Assembly: GCA_002633005.1 (NCBI GenBank) | Contig: NMRA01000920.1 | Coordinates: 35,197-99,196, forward strand | Length of the DNA stretch: 64,000 nucleotides | DNA from: Phoronis australis | Taxonomy: Eukaryota > Animalia > Phoronida | Direction: 5' to 3' | Part shown: piece by piece, positions 13,180 to 26,196 of the stretch | How the letters are laid out: the number at the start of each line of letters is the position of its first letter | How positions within the stretch are numbered: the stretch's first letter is position 1 | Made by a program: the position numbers and the translations under genes | The notes under the pieces: model-generated | The model's database searches: none | The model's input: the letters and a program-made list of their open reading frames with translations, nothing else | What the model was told of the DNA's origin: nothing

Positions 13180-14910
13180 GAAAAGGTGCCTTGTACATTT
13201 TTTCCTTCAATCGGTAGGAAATTGGCTCAAGAATTCTCTGATGTGCATCACCCAAATGATTTCAACCTATTTCCCTTCAAAGCGTTAAGTTTTGTGAAAT
13301 CACTGAGGATTTCACAGCTTACTAAACTTAACGTAAACAAGTCGACTGGCATGGACGAGATTCCATCGAAATTACTGAAATTCACGGGTCCGTTGCTCTG
13401 TAAATCACATTTATTTTCAACAAATCGTTGGAAACTCAGTTCATACTAGCCGCATTGAAGAAGGCCAAATATTTTTAAGGAAGGCGATAGAAATATTGTA
13501 AACAATTATTGTCCAATCTCAGTGGTCCCTGTTGTTATGAAAATTTTTGAAAGAGGTGTACGCTCACAATTGTACTCTTATTTAAAGTCAAACAATCTTT
13601 TATGCGATGAACAGCCGGGTTTTCGCCCCGAGCACTCTACAGCTACTCCTCTTCTTGATATATCTGAGTACTTACTTGACAATATGGACAATGGTAAAGT
13701 TACTAGTGAAATCTTTCTTGACCTGAAGAAAGCTTTCGATACTGTTAACCACAATAGATTGCCGTTAAAACTTTCAAGCTGTGGTGTAGGCGACGCCGAA
13801 CTCGATTGGTTCAGTAATTATTTAAGTAATCGGAATCGAGTCATCATTGTGAATGGAGCGTTATCAACACCACTTGACGTGACCTGTGGTGTCCCCCAGG
13901 GGTCCATACTGGGTCCATTGTTATTTTGTGTATGATTTACCCACGTCAGTGAAACAATGACACGGAATGTTGATAAAACCAATGTTATGACTATTGGTAG
14001 CAGACTGAGGGTGGCTGTGTTGCCATTACTATTAACGGCTCTCAGCTGGCAAGAATTGAGAAATACAAATATCTGGGTGTTATGATTGGTAATAATTTAT
14101 CATGGGACGAGCATATAGAGTATGTGTGCATAACATTTTCTCAGCGGATTGGGCTTTTGCACACAGTCAGGAGGTATGTCGATCAGGCTACTCTTCAGGA
14201 GTCTAATTGTACCACACTTTGATTACTGTGATGTTGTATGGGGTAATTGTGCATCATACCTTCACGATATACTTCAAAAATTGCAAAACAAGGCTGGGAG
14301 GCTGATACTCAACTATATTGGCCTTCATAGCGACTTTACTATATCTGACCTCCTCGGTAAACTTTGTTAGTACAGCCTGTTTAGCAGGCGTGCCTTTCAT
14401 TTAAACTTTATGGTGTACAAAGCCAAACATAGCGTCGCACCTAGTGACCTTACTGCTAAATTTAAGGCAGTCAGAGATTCTCACAATTACAATAATAGAG
14501 TGAGTGTTTCTGGCTGCCTGGTACCAGATAAACCTAAAAACAACTTTGGAAAAAAGAATTTTTGCCTACAGAAGTGCTGTCACTTACAACGGATTGGGGA
14601 CTGCCGTCTCGAACGCGCCCGGTGTCCACGTCTTCAAACAGAATTACTGGGACTTTGTGCGTAGTTCGGAACTGTAGGCCTCAGATCATCATTATTTTAT
14701 CATTATTTTACTCTATTTTGTCTTATTTATTCATCTTATTGTTCAACTATTTTATACTAATTTATGTTATTTATTAATCGTTTCAATGTAATTGTACATA
14801 GCTGTCTGTATTTTACTTCGTGTAATTATTTCCGACTGGGCCCACTTCAAAATCAGTGTATTCTAAAGTGATCACCCAGTCTTTTAAAGAAGCCTAAATA
14901 AATAAATATA
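13180..14910 (+). mobile_element. Degenerate CR1/L2-group LINE reverse transcriptase
   Basis: KSTGMDEIP, QPGFRPEHST, FLDLKKAFDTVNH, GVPQGSILGPLLF, KYLGV, PHFDYCDVVWGN; (taaa)n tail near 14895. Confidence 0.92.
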
Positions 14911-15336
14911 TATTGTTCCTGTTTCAATTATACGCCTTGTTTATGATGCGTTTGAAACGTGCGGTCACTAATTATTGACAAGGTGCCCGAAGTCGTATAC
15001 CAAAAATTGCGGGTTTCTAGTGTGCTAATTCCCACCCCTTTTGCGGAGTAGATTTGTTCTGCCTCACCCCCACTTGAGGGGTTGAAGCCAATGCTGTGGG
15101 CCTTTTGAGTGGACGGAATGTGTATCTAGGGACCAATTGGACCCCGCACCGGTCCCACAAAACTTATTGAAAAAGTACCGCCTACCCGCAATTTTTGGTA
15201 CACGCATGCGCAACTGCACTGTTATTTTTCAATACCAGCCAGACCCAGTGAAGCCGAAGGTAAGTGGAGTCGAACACAGCTTTGGGTATTGTAAGTAGTA
15301 CACAACAATGCACATATCTGAGGTATTGCCCTGTTA

Positions 15337-15587
15337 CATGCGCGCACCCAGTCTAAAAACGGGGTCTCGAATTTTTGAAATGTGGACCTTTTACTAAGAT
15401 TTACGGGTTACCTTCAGAGCCATGAATTGTGCATTCAAAGTTTGGTAGCTCCTGCCTTTTCAGTGGCCTTTGTCTCGTTTTTTACTTTTTTTCGTAGTTT
15501 TTGTTTCTCTGAGGCGGACCTTCTCGTCCTACTTCGCCAAATGAGGGTCTCTTTTGAGCCCCCCTAGCGCCCCTAGATGCGCGCATG
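15337..15587 (-). mobile_element. MITE with CATGCGCGCA termini and 5-bp TSD (hAT5-like)
   Basis: TIRs catgcgcgcacccag / ctagatgcgcgcatg; TSD tgtta at 15332-15336 and 15588-15592. Confidence 0.85.
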
Positions 15588-16769
15588 TGTTATAGCTACT
15601 TGTACCACAGCAATACGGAAAACACCTGGTTGAAAAAATACACAGTTGAATCATGAGCCAAAACTCGTAAGCTTTTGATCGAAGCACAGACTGGATAAAT
15701 GTATAATGCAGTGCGGGACTATCTACCCACTTTAAAAACTGACAGCAGCTTAGGTGATTAGAACAAATCCCATTTCTCAAGAGACTGCATTGGACACGTA
15801 TAACAGCAAGCGATAGGCCAAAACAAAAGTTATAATTGATGTAAAACCTTTCCCAAAATTAGCACCAGCTAGTGGCCACAAAGAATCTTACCAGTACAGT
15901 GTGGTACAGTAACGTTCCATGTTCCTTGTGTGAGACACTTAGTTTGCTTCTTCAATGTTCCATCAGGAAAAGCAAAGCCTCTTTGACACGTATGTGTAAC
16001 TATCGTTCCCTGTTTTACTTCATGCACCGAGTCAGATACGCTATTGACAACCTGCTGCAGTATACAACTTCCAGCTGTAAAATGTGCATGATATAGTCAG
16101 CAGACTGCCAAAACTCAAATGGGTGCCGAAAACATTCCACATAAAGTGAGAGCACGAAAGCGTGATTCTCTTGCCAAAGCCAATAACAAGGGGTAAATAC
16201 TTTTTCGATAATCCTGATCGTACCTTTTTTGTGGCAGTGATTTGGGAACGAATTTGACACCAGCAAACAGGAAAAGGGCAAAAAACCTGGAAACCGCGAA
16301 TGGGATTCCTCTCTCACCCCTCAGTAACTCACAGCGTGCAAGAGAGAAAGAGTTCACTGCCACGAACGGCAACATCTTTCATTTTCGGAAATTTCGAGAC
16401 CTTTACCATTTTTTGTGAATCCGTTTGAATAATCCAACACAGAATTTGAGGGCATGACAGCCAAAACAGTGTTGAATTAAAGCACAGAACTCTAAACCTG
16501 GAATGCCAACTCCCTCACGTAACCTGTGTATTCTTTTGTTAGAGCTTGAGACCACGAGATTTCACGCGAGAGTTTGCGCTGTGAATTTCCGGTTGTCTGC
16601 TTGACAGAATTTTGTTGGGGTGTTGTAAAGCATAATTTAATTGCTTCATTTCCATTTTGTCATTTTTGTTCATCAGCCGAGACTCTTGAGGTACGGTTAC
16701 AGACAACCTACGAGTTTTCGGCAAAATTAGTCAACAAGCCCGTCGATCACGCTGGTCATTCTTTATACA

Positions 16770-17051
16770 TTCTTTATCATGAAAACAATTACGTGTTTCA
16801 GCAAGATGGGGCTCCTTCACACAGGCTCATCTGAAGCAGACCACACCCAAATTCATCAAAAAGGATGAGCTGCCTGCGCTCAGTCCTGACTGCAATCCAA
16901 TGGACTATGGCATATGGGACTTCCTGTTATTTTTTGAAAGGTGTTTTTAATTGACAAAACTAGCACAATTGGACACAGATCTCTTTGATATTTTGTTGAT
17001 GATATCCTAAACCTTACCGGTAAGAAAATGGCTCAGTTTTTTGGGACACCT
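16770..17051 (+). mobile_element. Tc1/mariner-superfamily transposase relic with probable right TIR
   Basis: YVFQQDGAPSH then FIKKDELPALSPDCNPMDYGIWD (QDGA..H and SPD.NP.D motifs); ends with cagttttttgggacacc. Confidence 0.75.
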
Positions 17052-17431
17052 AATATACTATATAGCGTGTTCGTAATTTCGAATATCGAATGACATCACA
17101 CCCGGTTACAACTTACTGACGTGAAAGGGGCCTAATGATTTAGTGTCCATCCATACCCAATCATTCTCCGATTTTCCAACTGTAGCAACGCACCTACAAA
17201 ATATAGGCACAGTAGTGAACAAACGCGTATTGCGTGAAAGTGCTCATTAGTGACCTTCGAATACCGCAGTGATGTGACCGTTGTGCCCTTTTATGCATAC
17301 AAGGAAACGCCATACAGGTATCGGACAATTGAAAATCGTCTTGTTTCCAGGAGAAAAAGTGCTCAGTACCATCACGCGCAAATGCACGGTGGCTGTAAAA
17401 GGACATCACGGCAACATTTTTCCTCCGATGC

Positions 17432-17928
17432 TAACTCTATCGATAGACTTATTAACTTAGACTTACCATCTCTATCGATAGTTTTATTAACTCTGTCGAT
17501 AGACTTAATATCTCTATCGATAGGCTTATTAGCACTATCAATAGACTTACCACCTCTATCGATAGACTTATTAACTCTATCGATAGACTTACCATCTCTA
17601 TCACTAGACCTATCACCTCTATCGGTAGACTTATTAACACTATCTATAGGCTTACTATCTTTATTGATAAACTTATTAACTATTTCGATAGACTTAGTAT
17701 CTGTATCGATAGACTTACTATCCCTATCGATAGACTTACTATCTCTATTGATAGACTTACTATCTCTATCGATAGACTTAGTAACTCTATCGATATACTT
17801 ATTAACTCTATCCATAGACTTAGTATCTCTATCGATAGACTTAGTATCTCTATGGATAGATTTACTATCTCTGTCGATAGACTTACTATCTCTATCGATA
17901 GACTTATTAACTTACTAACTCTATCGAT
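17432..17928 (+). repeat. 21-bp minisatellite (actctatcgatagacttatta), about 23 units
   Basis: Tandem units with palindromic core TCTATCGATAGA; unit count estimated as length/21. Confidence 0.95.
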
Positions 17929-19513
17929 GTGGTTGGGACTAATGCCATGTTTCATGACCCACAACACAGGCAGAGCGACAGGTGCAATGGTTATTTAAAT
18001 AGTTAAATGGCCTTGCATGAATACCATGATGTTCATATCTGTCATACCGCCAACAGGGGGTTGCTACGAAATAATAATCACTGGTCACTTGTCTCGGCAT
18101 ACAATACAGATGTAGACACGGCTAACTCATTTTGGCTTATCAGCCATTATCCCGGGGCCCAAAGACCCTATATTTGGTCAGTGAGGTGCCGCTGGACCTC
18201 GAAATTGGCGACCATTTTTATACCTTGCATTTCCATGGTTTAAAAGTTCGTTCTAGATTATCAGTATCTGGATCAACAAGGTACGCCTGAGCTAGTTTTC
18301 AGAGTCCGTCATTGCTAATTCGTTTGCAATATTGTCTAAAATCATGGTTCTTAGAGCACTGCACTGTTGATTTCAAGTTTGACAGTATGTTGGCTTTTTC
18401 TGTGGCTCAGGAACTCGTAGGCACCGAACAGACTGTTGAACTGTTGAAATTGTTTTTTAATTGAGTAGACAAAAGTTTGTAATAAAAAGTTGATTTGCTG
18501 TGTTGCGTATTGTTTAGTTCAATATTGAGTTCTGCGATAACTGTAAGCAAGATAGGTATGAGATGGATTTAGTTTCAACAAAATTTGAATTGACATATTT
18601 TATGATTTCTTGTGTTATACATGCGTATACATATGATGATACGGTAACTATAAGCAAGTTACACGTACGTGTGAGATGGTTCTTAAGAGTCCACGATTCG
18701 TTACTTTCAGAAGGTTAGACCTATCGACAATAGCTTCCATTTTTGAAGGTGTGCTGACCATGGCGTCGAAGTGCCACGTTTTAACCGCATGTTTATCACA
18801 GATGCAATCAGGTTGTGTATAGTTGCCAGTACGACAGTATTGATAATCATTATGTATGAGACTTGTTATTATTGAGTGATATGATGTTACTGTATATAAG
18901 AGTTTTATTTTTTTTTTTCAAAATAAATATTCAATTAATACTATTGACGCTTCATTGCAAACATTCACATCTGGTATCAAAATTGGATATATACATCAAA
19001 AGTGTAGCATTGGACCTAACTGTTTGAATTCGTCATGAGCAATTATTTATTATATGACCTCAAGGGAGAACGGGATAAAGCACAATGAATAAGTGACAAT
19101 GGACAAATCAAAATTAAATTAAAAGGCTCTGATGATTCAAACTCGTTGAGAGAAGGCCCCAGACGGATCAATGACAGATAACACTTTCCAAATTGTGCCT
19201 CGAGGTACAGTTACACCATTTGCTACGCACTTGATGCATAAATGAATAACCGTGCATCTGACCTGAACCCGCAAAAAGTTCTTCAACAAAATGAACCATT
19301 TCATCAAAATCAAACATATTTTTACGGCGCAGAAGTCCGTAAGTCGCCAAAAACACGTCACAATTGCCTTGTGCTTAGTGACGCTCCAAAACGACGCATA
19401 GGTACCGTTGTTATTTCATTTTGAGTCTGTCATAGCTTGAATAAGTCGACCAGATGCTTGTTTCGGTCCTCTATTTTAATTTGAAACCAAAGTAGCAACC
19501 TCGACATCATAAC

Positions 19514-20068
19514 TCTATCAATAGAGCCAATAAGTCTATCGATAGAGTAAATAATAATAAGTCTATCGATAGAGTTAGTAAGTCTATCGATAGAGTTAGT
19601 AATTCTAACGAAAGAGTTAAGAAGTCTATCGATAGAGTTAGTAAGTCTATCGACAGAGATACTAAGTCTATCGAAAGAGTTAATAAGTCTATCTATAGAG
19701 ATATTAAGTCTATCGCTGGTGTTAATAAGTCTATCGATAGAGATATTATGTCTACCGATAAAGTTAATAGGTCTATTGATAGAGATGGTAAGTCTATCGA
19801 TAGAGTTAATAAGTCTATCGATAGAGTTAATTAGTCTATCGATAGAGTAAATAATAAATAAGTCTATCGACAGAGATAATAAGTCTATCGATAGAGTTAA
19901 GAAGTCTATCGATAGAGTTAATAAGTCTATCAATAGAGTTAGTAGCTCTATCGCTAGAGTTAATAAGTCTATCGGAAGGGATAGTAAGTCTATCGATAGA
20001 GATAATAAGTTTATCGCTAGAATGAATAAGTCTATCGATAGAGTTTATAAGTCTATCGATAGAGTTAG
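19514..20068 (-). repeat. Same 21-bp minisatellite in inverted orientation, about 26 units
   Basis: Units taataagtctatcgatagagt are the reverse complement of the 17432-17928 unit. Confidence 0.95.
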
Positions 20069-20867
20069 CAACGGAAAAAAGTTACCATGTCGTCTTTTTA
20101 CAGCCACCAAAGCAGCTCTGTTTATCACAAAGTAACAGAATACAATTCGGCTACAGGCTGTTCAGTGTATAATGTAGATGGATTAAACTCTGCCATGTCT
20201 GCATTTCGTGATCCCTTCTCAATTACTTTTGGAACTAACGGGTTGGCATACGTATGAATTTGGATATTTTTGATTTCGTTTTGAAAGAATATTTACACAT
20301 TGCCCACCTAACGGATTGCATTTTCTAATAAAGTATCTTTGCTTTCCCAGTTACAATCTGTTTTCTATATGATTTTTGGCCTTAGTTGAAAAAATTATTT
20401 ACAATTGTACGTTTAAAGTAAACAAACTTTAGGTAACCCTTTTAGAGTCAAACTTAATTTTCATAATTCTGATGGTGTGTTACCTTTCAAAGATGGCTAT
20501 TCTATGCACATGTCCATTTTACGTTTCTTTTTTCCGTTGTCATAACATAACTGAACGTTAGTTTTGCCAATTTCACGACTGCACCGCAGTTGGAATTGTC
20601 ATTGGAAATAGGGACATATTTCCACCCCCGTATCTTAGTAAAGAAAACAACCTGAGGAAAATATTCTCTGGGTAACACTTGTTCCCGGGGTCATCATGTT
20701 AATGATCTAATTTCACAAAAATTGGTTGACATGTGCTTCGTTCCTGAAAATAACCCTATTGCGTGATTTTCTCAGACACCATCTCTTAAATCTACAGATA
20801 ATCAAATAATTCAAAGCGGGATTAAGCTTGTTAAAGGTTCTTGTAACACACATAATTATTCACAGAC

Positions 20868-21024
20868 CTCAGTTTTACTCCATTTTCAGCACTCGTAAGC
20901 CTCACATTGTCTAGAACGTGCAGTTCATAAAACCTTGAAGACAACGGCTTCCACGTCCTGACCTTCTCCTTTATTACTTTAACCGGTTTGCCAGGCAACA
21001 CCATCTCAAGAGCCAGCTTCGAAA
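20868..21024 (-). CDS. Candidate internal exon of the mosaic lectin gene (unknown domain)
   Basis: ttctgttttcaag| ... AG|GTCTGT, open phase 1 to 2: SKLALEMVLPGKPVKVIKEKVRTWKPLSSRFYELHVLDNVRLTSAENGVKLR; compatible with the phase-1 donor at 24903; splice sites weak. Confidence 0.35.
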
Positions 21025-21640
21025 CTTGAAAACAGAATTTTAAATCAACTTGACAAGTACTCACGTATCATCCAATACACGTCAAGCTCTTAAATAGAAT
21101 TGAAGGATCAACGGGGCGCTTCTCACAAAACGCATTATAATGGAAATAAAGTAGCAGAATGGAAGGAAAACACTTGTTCACTGTGTTAGCCCTAACCGAC
21201 TTAAATTCCGTTGACATCTTTAGGGAACCGTAAACGGTCTTATCATTTGTATTTCACCTATTTTTACCTTTCTCTAACACCGACGAATCAATCTGTCATC
21301 TTGTAATCTCAATTTTGTCCTAATGAGGTCATGCTGTGACCCTAGTGTTAGCCAATCAGCCACGCGGATGCTTTAGTTCACGAGTTTAATACTAGGTAAA
21401 AATGAAAATGGCGAGTGGTAAGCGAATAGTAAAAAGACGAACATTCGAGGGCTTGATTGGCGTGCAGTTATATTTGCCGTATTATTTCTGTAGATAAATT
21501 TGTTCAAGCCATCGTTATTTCGACGTGTGCACGTTAGTATTTGACACTCACTGGAGTTTGATATGTATGACACTAAATTCTCCGCTCCCAATGCACGGAC
21601 TACCAACCCTGTTTAAAGATGAAATTGCACGTTCTTAACT

Positions 21641-22212
21641 ATGTTAATGCTAAGCAGGAACCAAGTGGCAATGTTACTTTAACATTATCTACGCTAAACA
21701 AAGTGCAGTTGTATTCATTGACAACTTAAAAATGTAAAAAACAAAAAACTGCACTAATGACATACCTTGCGGGTTCACATAGCCCGCATCATGGGGTGTT
21801 ATTGCCCACGTTGCGATACGTAATGGACACGGTTCAGTGATTTTTAGGGGATCATTTTCAGCACGAAACTCGTTCTTAAAAACATTTGACAATTTTCAAC
21901 TTCACATCGCATGCGCGCACCCAGGGGGCTCGGAGGAGGGCTCTAACGAGCCCTCCCAATTGGCGAAGGGGGCAAAATTGTCCGACCTCGAGAGGCAAAA
22001 AGTCTGAGAAAAAATGGGACAAAAGTCCACTAAATAAGGGCAAACGCGCAATTCACAGAGGTACGCCCGTTCTTGTTTAGTCTGCCCGCTCTTTTGTTAG
22101 CAAATAGTCCACAACGTCGAGAATTCGAGCCTCCCATATCGAAGGCTGGGTGCGCGTATGCATCGTCGCTATATGGTGTGTTTCTAATTAATTTCGCAAA
22201 TCACAGAGATAA
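21641..22212 (+). repeat. Dispersed repeat, copy 2, interrupted by a MITE
   Basis: Aligns with 4851-5192 on both sides of the 21910-22160 insertion. Confidence 0.8.
21910..22160 (+). mobile_element. MITE with CATGCGCGCA termini and 5-bp TSD (hAT5-like)
   Basis: TIRs catgcgcgcacccag / ctgggtgcgcgtatg; TSD catcg at 21905-21909 and 22161-22165; empty site visible in the 4851-5192 copy. Confidence 0.9.
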
Positions 22213-22249
22213 GGAATTATCCTGCAAGTTCCACTTGAAGGGCACTTCT

Positions 22250-22740
22250 CCATAACTTTAAATATTGAACTTGACCACTTGAAGGAGTTACGATAAAGAC
22301 TTTTTTTGCAATTCTGCTTTCATCCACTAGAACTAAATGATTCCAGAGCCTTAGCATATTTTCATGTTATTTGTAGTGTGAATTTGGCCAACCCGAGTCG
22401 CCATAAAGTACTGCATTGGCAGCATACTTGTGGACCCCTAAAAATATACGCAATGCTCTCGTTCTGATCATTTCGTATTTGGAGTATTGATAATAACCCA
22501 AATTCCAGATCCATATTCTAGAATTGAAGCTAAGGACATTTCAAAACATTTACTGTAACTGTTGAAACCCATGTTACCAATAACTATATTTGTACTTGCT
22601 CACCAGAGCTCCCAATTCTCTGGACGCGGAGCCTTCTAGTACTTCAGTTGTCAAACTGAAATCCATTGTCTTTCTAAGAGACGGGTATGAACACAACACC
22701 CCTCCCAAATTCAAAAAGACATGCCAAATTGGAGAACCTG
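22250..22740 (-). mobile_element. Old LINE ORF2 fragment
   Basis: Minus strand reads MDFSLTTEVLEGSASRELGALVSKYK...GNMGFNSY...ILEYGSGIWG...FLGVHKYAANAVLYGDSGW...MLRLWNHLVLVDESRIAKKVF. Confidence 0.75.
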
Positions 22741-22844
22741 TAGCTTCGATAAGCTACAGCTTGGAAAAATTATTCATTTCACTTTTTGCATGAAAAATAT
22801 ATGTAGAGTGCTGCAAAGCTCGTTAAGCAAATGTGTTCAATCCA

Positions 22845-23100
22845 TCAGCGCACCCAAGGGGGCTTCGGGGGCTCGAACGAGCCCCCTATTTGGCGAATTG
22901 GGTAAAAAGGTCCGCCTCAGAGAAACAAAAACTCCGATGAAACTAGGAAACGAGACAAAAGTCCACTAAAAAGGCAGGAACTACCAAAATTCGGCAATTG
23001 CACAATTCATAACTCTGAACATACCATGCGAATCTTAATAAAAGTTCCACTTTCTCAAAAATTGAGCCTCCCATATTTTTAGGGCTCGATGCCCTCATGC
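22845..23100 (+). mobile_element. Diverged copy of the CATG-terminus MITE family
   Basis: gcgcacccaagggggcttcgggggctcgaacgagcccc...aaaattgagcctcccat...gatgccctcatg; body matches the reverse complement of 15337-15587. Confidence 0.75.
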
Positions 23101-24902
23101 AATATAATATTAATGAACAAGGAGAAATATAATATTCTTTTTTAGTCAACAATCATAAAAATTGGATTTCCTTGTTTTGTTCTTCCTATAGACCTAATTC
23201 ACGCCGACAGGAGGAGTGTTCCAAAACGAGGCTCGCTACGATAGCTCTGTTTGCTTATCGCATAGTTTTATTACGCGTTGCTCGAACGGCGATAGAAAAT
23301 ATACCGACACCCAACTGTCTGTTTTACAATCCATAAGGACGTTTCGGAAGCGTTCGGTCATTGCCATAAACCGCGACGAAGGAAAATATTTCCGTGTAAA
23401 ATTAATAAATGTTTCGAAAAGTTAGGTCATATTTTGTCGCATCTCGGTTGCCGAGCATCATAGCAACGACCGGTGAATCTTCGGCCAGCCAGGCTGTGTT
23501 TTCATGACTACGGGTTGAAACATGAGGCATTTTTCTTTCCACATGGACAGGGCTCTCAATCCCTCGCTTTTGGGGCCGAATATTTGCCCTCTCAAAGAAA
23601 ATGAAAAATCTCGAAATTACCCCCAACGAGGCCTAAAAAATTTCCCTAGTGATTGAAAATATCCCTCCGAAGGTCAAATTACCTGTAACCACACAGGGGA
23701 CAATTTAAAAGAGCACAAATTGCTATTTGAGACAGAGCTTATGAGAGCTTGCAACAGGACGGGGGTGCTAATGATGGTGATCGGCAGATAGATTTTCCCC
23801 CTCACTCGGCGAAAAAATTCCTCCCGTCAGACACAGGCACATTTCCGCTCGGATAAATGAGGCCCCTGAGAAAACATAACTATGCTTGGTCTGTCCAGTT
23901 AACTGAAATTGAGCTCTAAAACGAGGTTATGCTTTGGACGGACAAATTAGTTGTTTTAATTTTAAAATTCAACTTGGTCCAGATTGATATTTGAAACCTA
24001 ACACATGAAATAGACATAAGAACTATTAAAAGCACAAAAGCAGAATTGATGGTCAAATAATTTTTATTTTCAATTATGAACCTGGTTTTTTATTTTAATA
24101 AAATATACTCCCCCCCCCCCCTAAAATTTTACCAGATACCATTTGGGAGTTCGGGTGCGCGCAAGCAGGGGCTCGTCGGGGGTGAATAAACAGTGCATAG
24201 GTCCTGAGCAAACTGAACATACCCGTTTACCGTTTTTGTTTTAGTCAACAGGTGCGCATCTGCCGAAATTCTGGTTATTCCCGTGCCCTGACCCCCCTAA
24301 CGCAAAATCCTGGATCCGCCCCAGAATCAACTGTTAGTCCCGGTAGTCCCACTTCACTACCAGGACCTAGTAGGCTATGCTTGATAATAATATTCTTGAT
24401 CACCAAATTAAACCAGATGTGACTTGCAAATGACAGCAAAATGCGATGAGCCACAACTGTCGAATATATCTTCAACTCGTCAAAAATACGAGATGACCTG
24501 GTTCGTGTAGAAAGCATTTTTATCAACAATTTACAAGAAGAAACAGCATAATACCTAATCTGTTACACGATTGCCCAATTTGGTCATATTTACTTTTCAT
24601 GTTTCGAACCTAGTTTTCCGAAAAACTTATACCCTTTCGTCAGACAAATCTTTAGTACATTGACGTGTTCTCAAATGTATTTTTCTATGTCTCTGTTGTT
24701 AATTATTGACACATTCTTAAGATTTAAGATCCAGATTGGACTCGAAAGACCAGCCATCTAACTCATGCAATGTCAACTTCCGCTTTGTTTATCGCAGTGA
24801 GCCTCGCTTTGGATTTTGAAGCTTGCCGCGTGAATTAGGTCTATACTGGCTTGATATTATGGCTACTTATAACACCCATTTGACATGTGCACAACTACTT
24901 AC

Positions 24903-25127
24903 GAGACAGTACAAAACCGAAAACTTGTACGTCACACAACGTCAGAGTCTCCGATTTACCAGGAATCTGTATGTACAAATAACGTCCATACACCGGATGA
25001 GGGCTACATCTAACTGTTACTCTGGCACCGTCGGCAACTGAACCCTTGTGAGTGTTGCACAGCTGATGTGAAGCGGATGGACTAGAGGTGTTGGTCACCT
25101 TAACGTTAAAGTCGTGGAGACGTTCAC
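24903..25127 (-). CDS. Exon: F-type lectin (FTP/fucolectin) domain 3, C-terminal half
   Basis: gttattgcag| ... C|GTAAGT, 225 nt; GERLHDFNVKVTNTSSPSASHQLCNTHKGSVADGARVTVRCSPHPVYGRYLYIQIPGKSETLTLCDVQVFG (GRY...LTLC.V.VFG). Confidence 0.9.
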
Positions 25128-26196
25128 CTGCAATAACATGACATTACGTTGGTGATTTCAGTGAAATGCTCTGATACAACAGCGGTGAAAGAGATTTTAC
25201 TCACAACGGGTTAGGGACTGCTGTCACAAACTAGCTCAATGCTCCCGTCTTTAAAAATAGATGCTGGGAGTTGGTACGTTGGTCAGGACGACAGTCCTCA
25301 GCTTGCTCTGCTATTGGCTCCAGTTTGTGTACTTTTAAATTTACATTAATGTAAGTCACTTTTTGAATTTTACATAATCTTTTCAAGTTATTTGTCCACG
25401 TGTACTCTACTTATTATAACACTTTTGGTAATTTAATTGTACATCTCTGTTTGTGTTTTAACTGTATGTTAATATTTTCCACCACGCCCACTTAAAACAT
25501 TGACAGCAACAAAGATGACACTAATGACGACGCGGACAAATACCTCGGAGACTACGACATCGCCGGCGACACTGTCAAAAAACCGACAATGCGTCAGCAA
25601 CAAAACTAAAGCAATGAGCTCATTGACTAAAGAAATCGCTGAAGACTACAAAACCGCACCCAACACCGATAACAACAACGACGTCGATCGTGTCAAAAGA
25701 CACCAACCAGGTCAAAGACTATGATACCGCTAAAATGAATCGTTATCATTGTCTTCGTCATCATCATAACCATCACCATCCCCACCAGCATCAGTTATTG
25801 ATGACGAAGTCAATAAATAAACAAAAACCTGAACACTGGCTGCCAATCCACAAGAATACGAGGGAGGAACAGTCAATAAAAATAGTTGTCCACGCTAATA
25901 ACTCAAGAACGGAGAGTTTAGTGAAAACAGACAATTGTTTCTTGTAGTACTTGGCGATCTTCATCCACATATTAGTTTTATAAAGATCCGTCAGAGGACG
26001 TCTTCATAGCTTAAGTCAGATTCAAATAAAATGCAACTGTTCTAGAGACTATAAAAATTCAAAAATTGCGCGCAAATTGAAAGTCAATAGAAAGAAAAAT
26101 ATGGTACGTTACATGCAAACGATAGAAGGGTCAAGAACTGTTGTTTTTCAATCCTGAGACGACTACCTCGTGCCATATTACGCAACAGGGTCGGAC

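Larger units (their letters stand above)
17387..20109 (-). mobile_element. Internally deleted IS481EU-like (integrase-core) DNA transposon with inverted minisatellite arms
   Basis: TIRs cggtggctgtaaaaggac... / ...gtctttttacagccacca; possible 5-bp TSD atgca/aagca; frameshifted N-terminal transposase remnant 19137-19480 (LLRRKNMFDFDEMVHFVEELFAGSGQMHGY...KCVANGVTVPRGTIWKVLSVIDPSG). Family name is from recalled motifs. Confidence 0.7.

Noticed and set aside
17432-20068. 21-bp palindromic arrays as a CRISPR array, or as Leu-heptad proteins (ORFs 17250..17918, 17372..17815, 19430..19933)
   Set aside because: No unique spacers and no cas genes in a eukaryotic context; the ORFs are translations of a 21-bp minisatellite.
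22603-22737. Apparent AG...GT exon with an open frame
   Set aside because: The peptide continues as LINE ORF2 sequence (GSASRELGAL...LGVHKYAAN); it is a retroelement relic.
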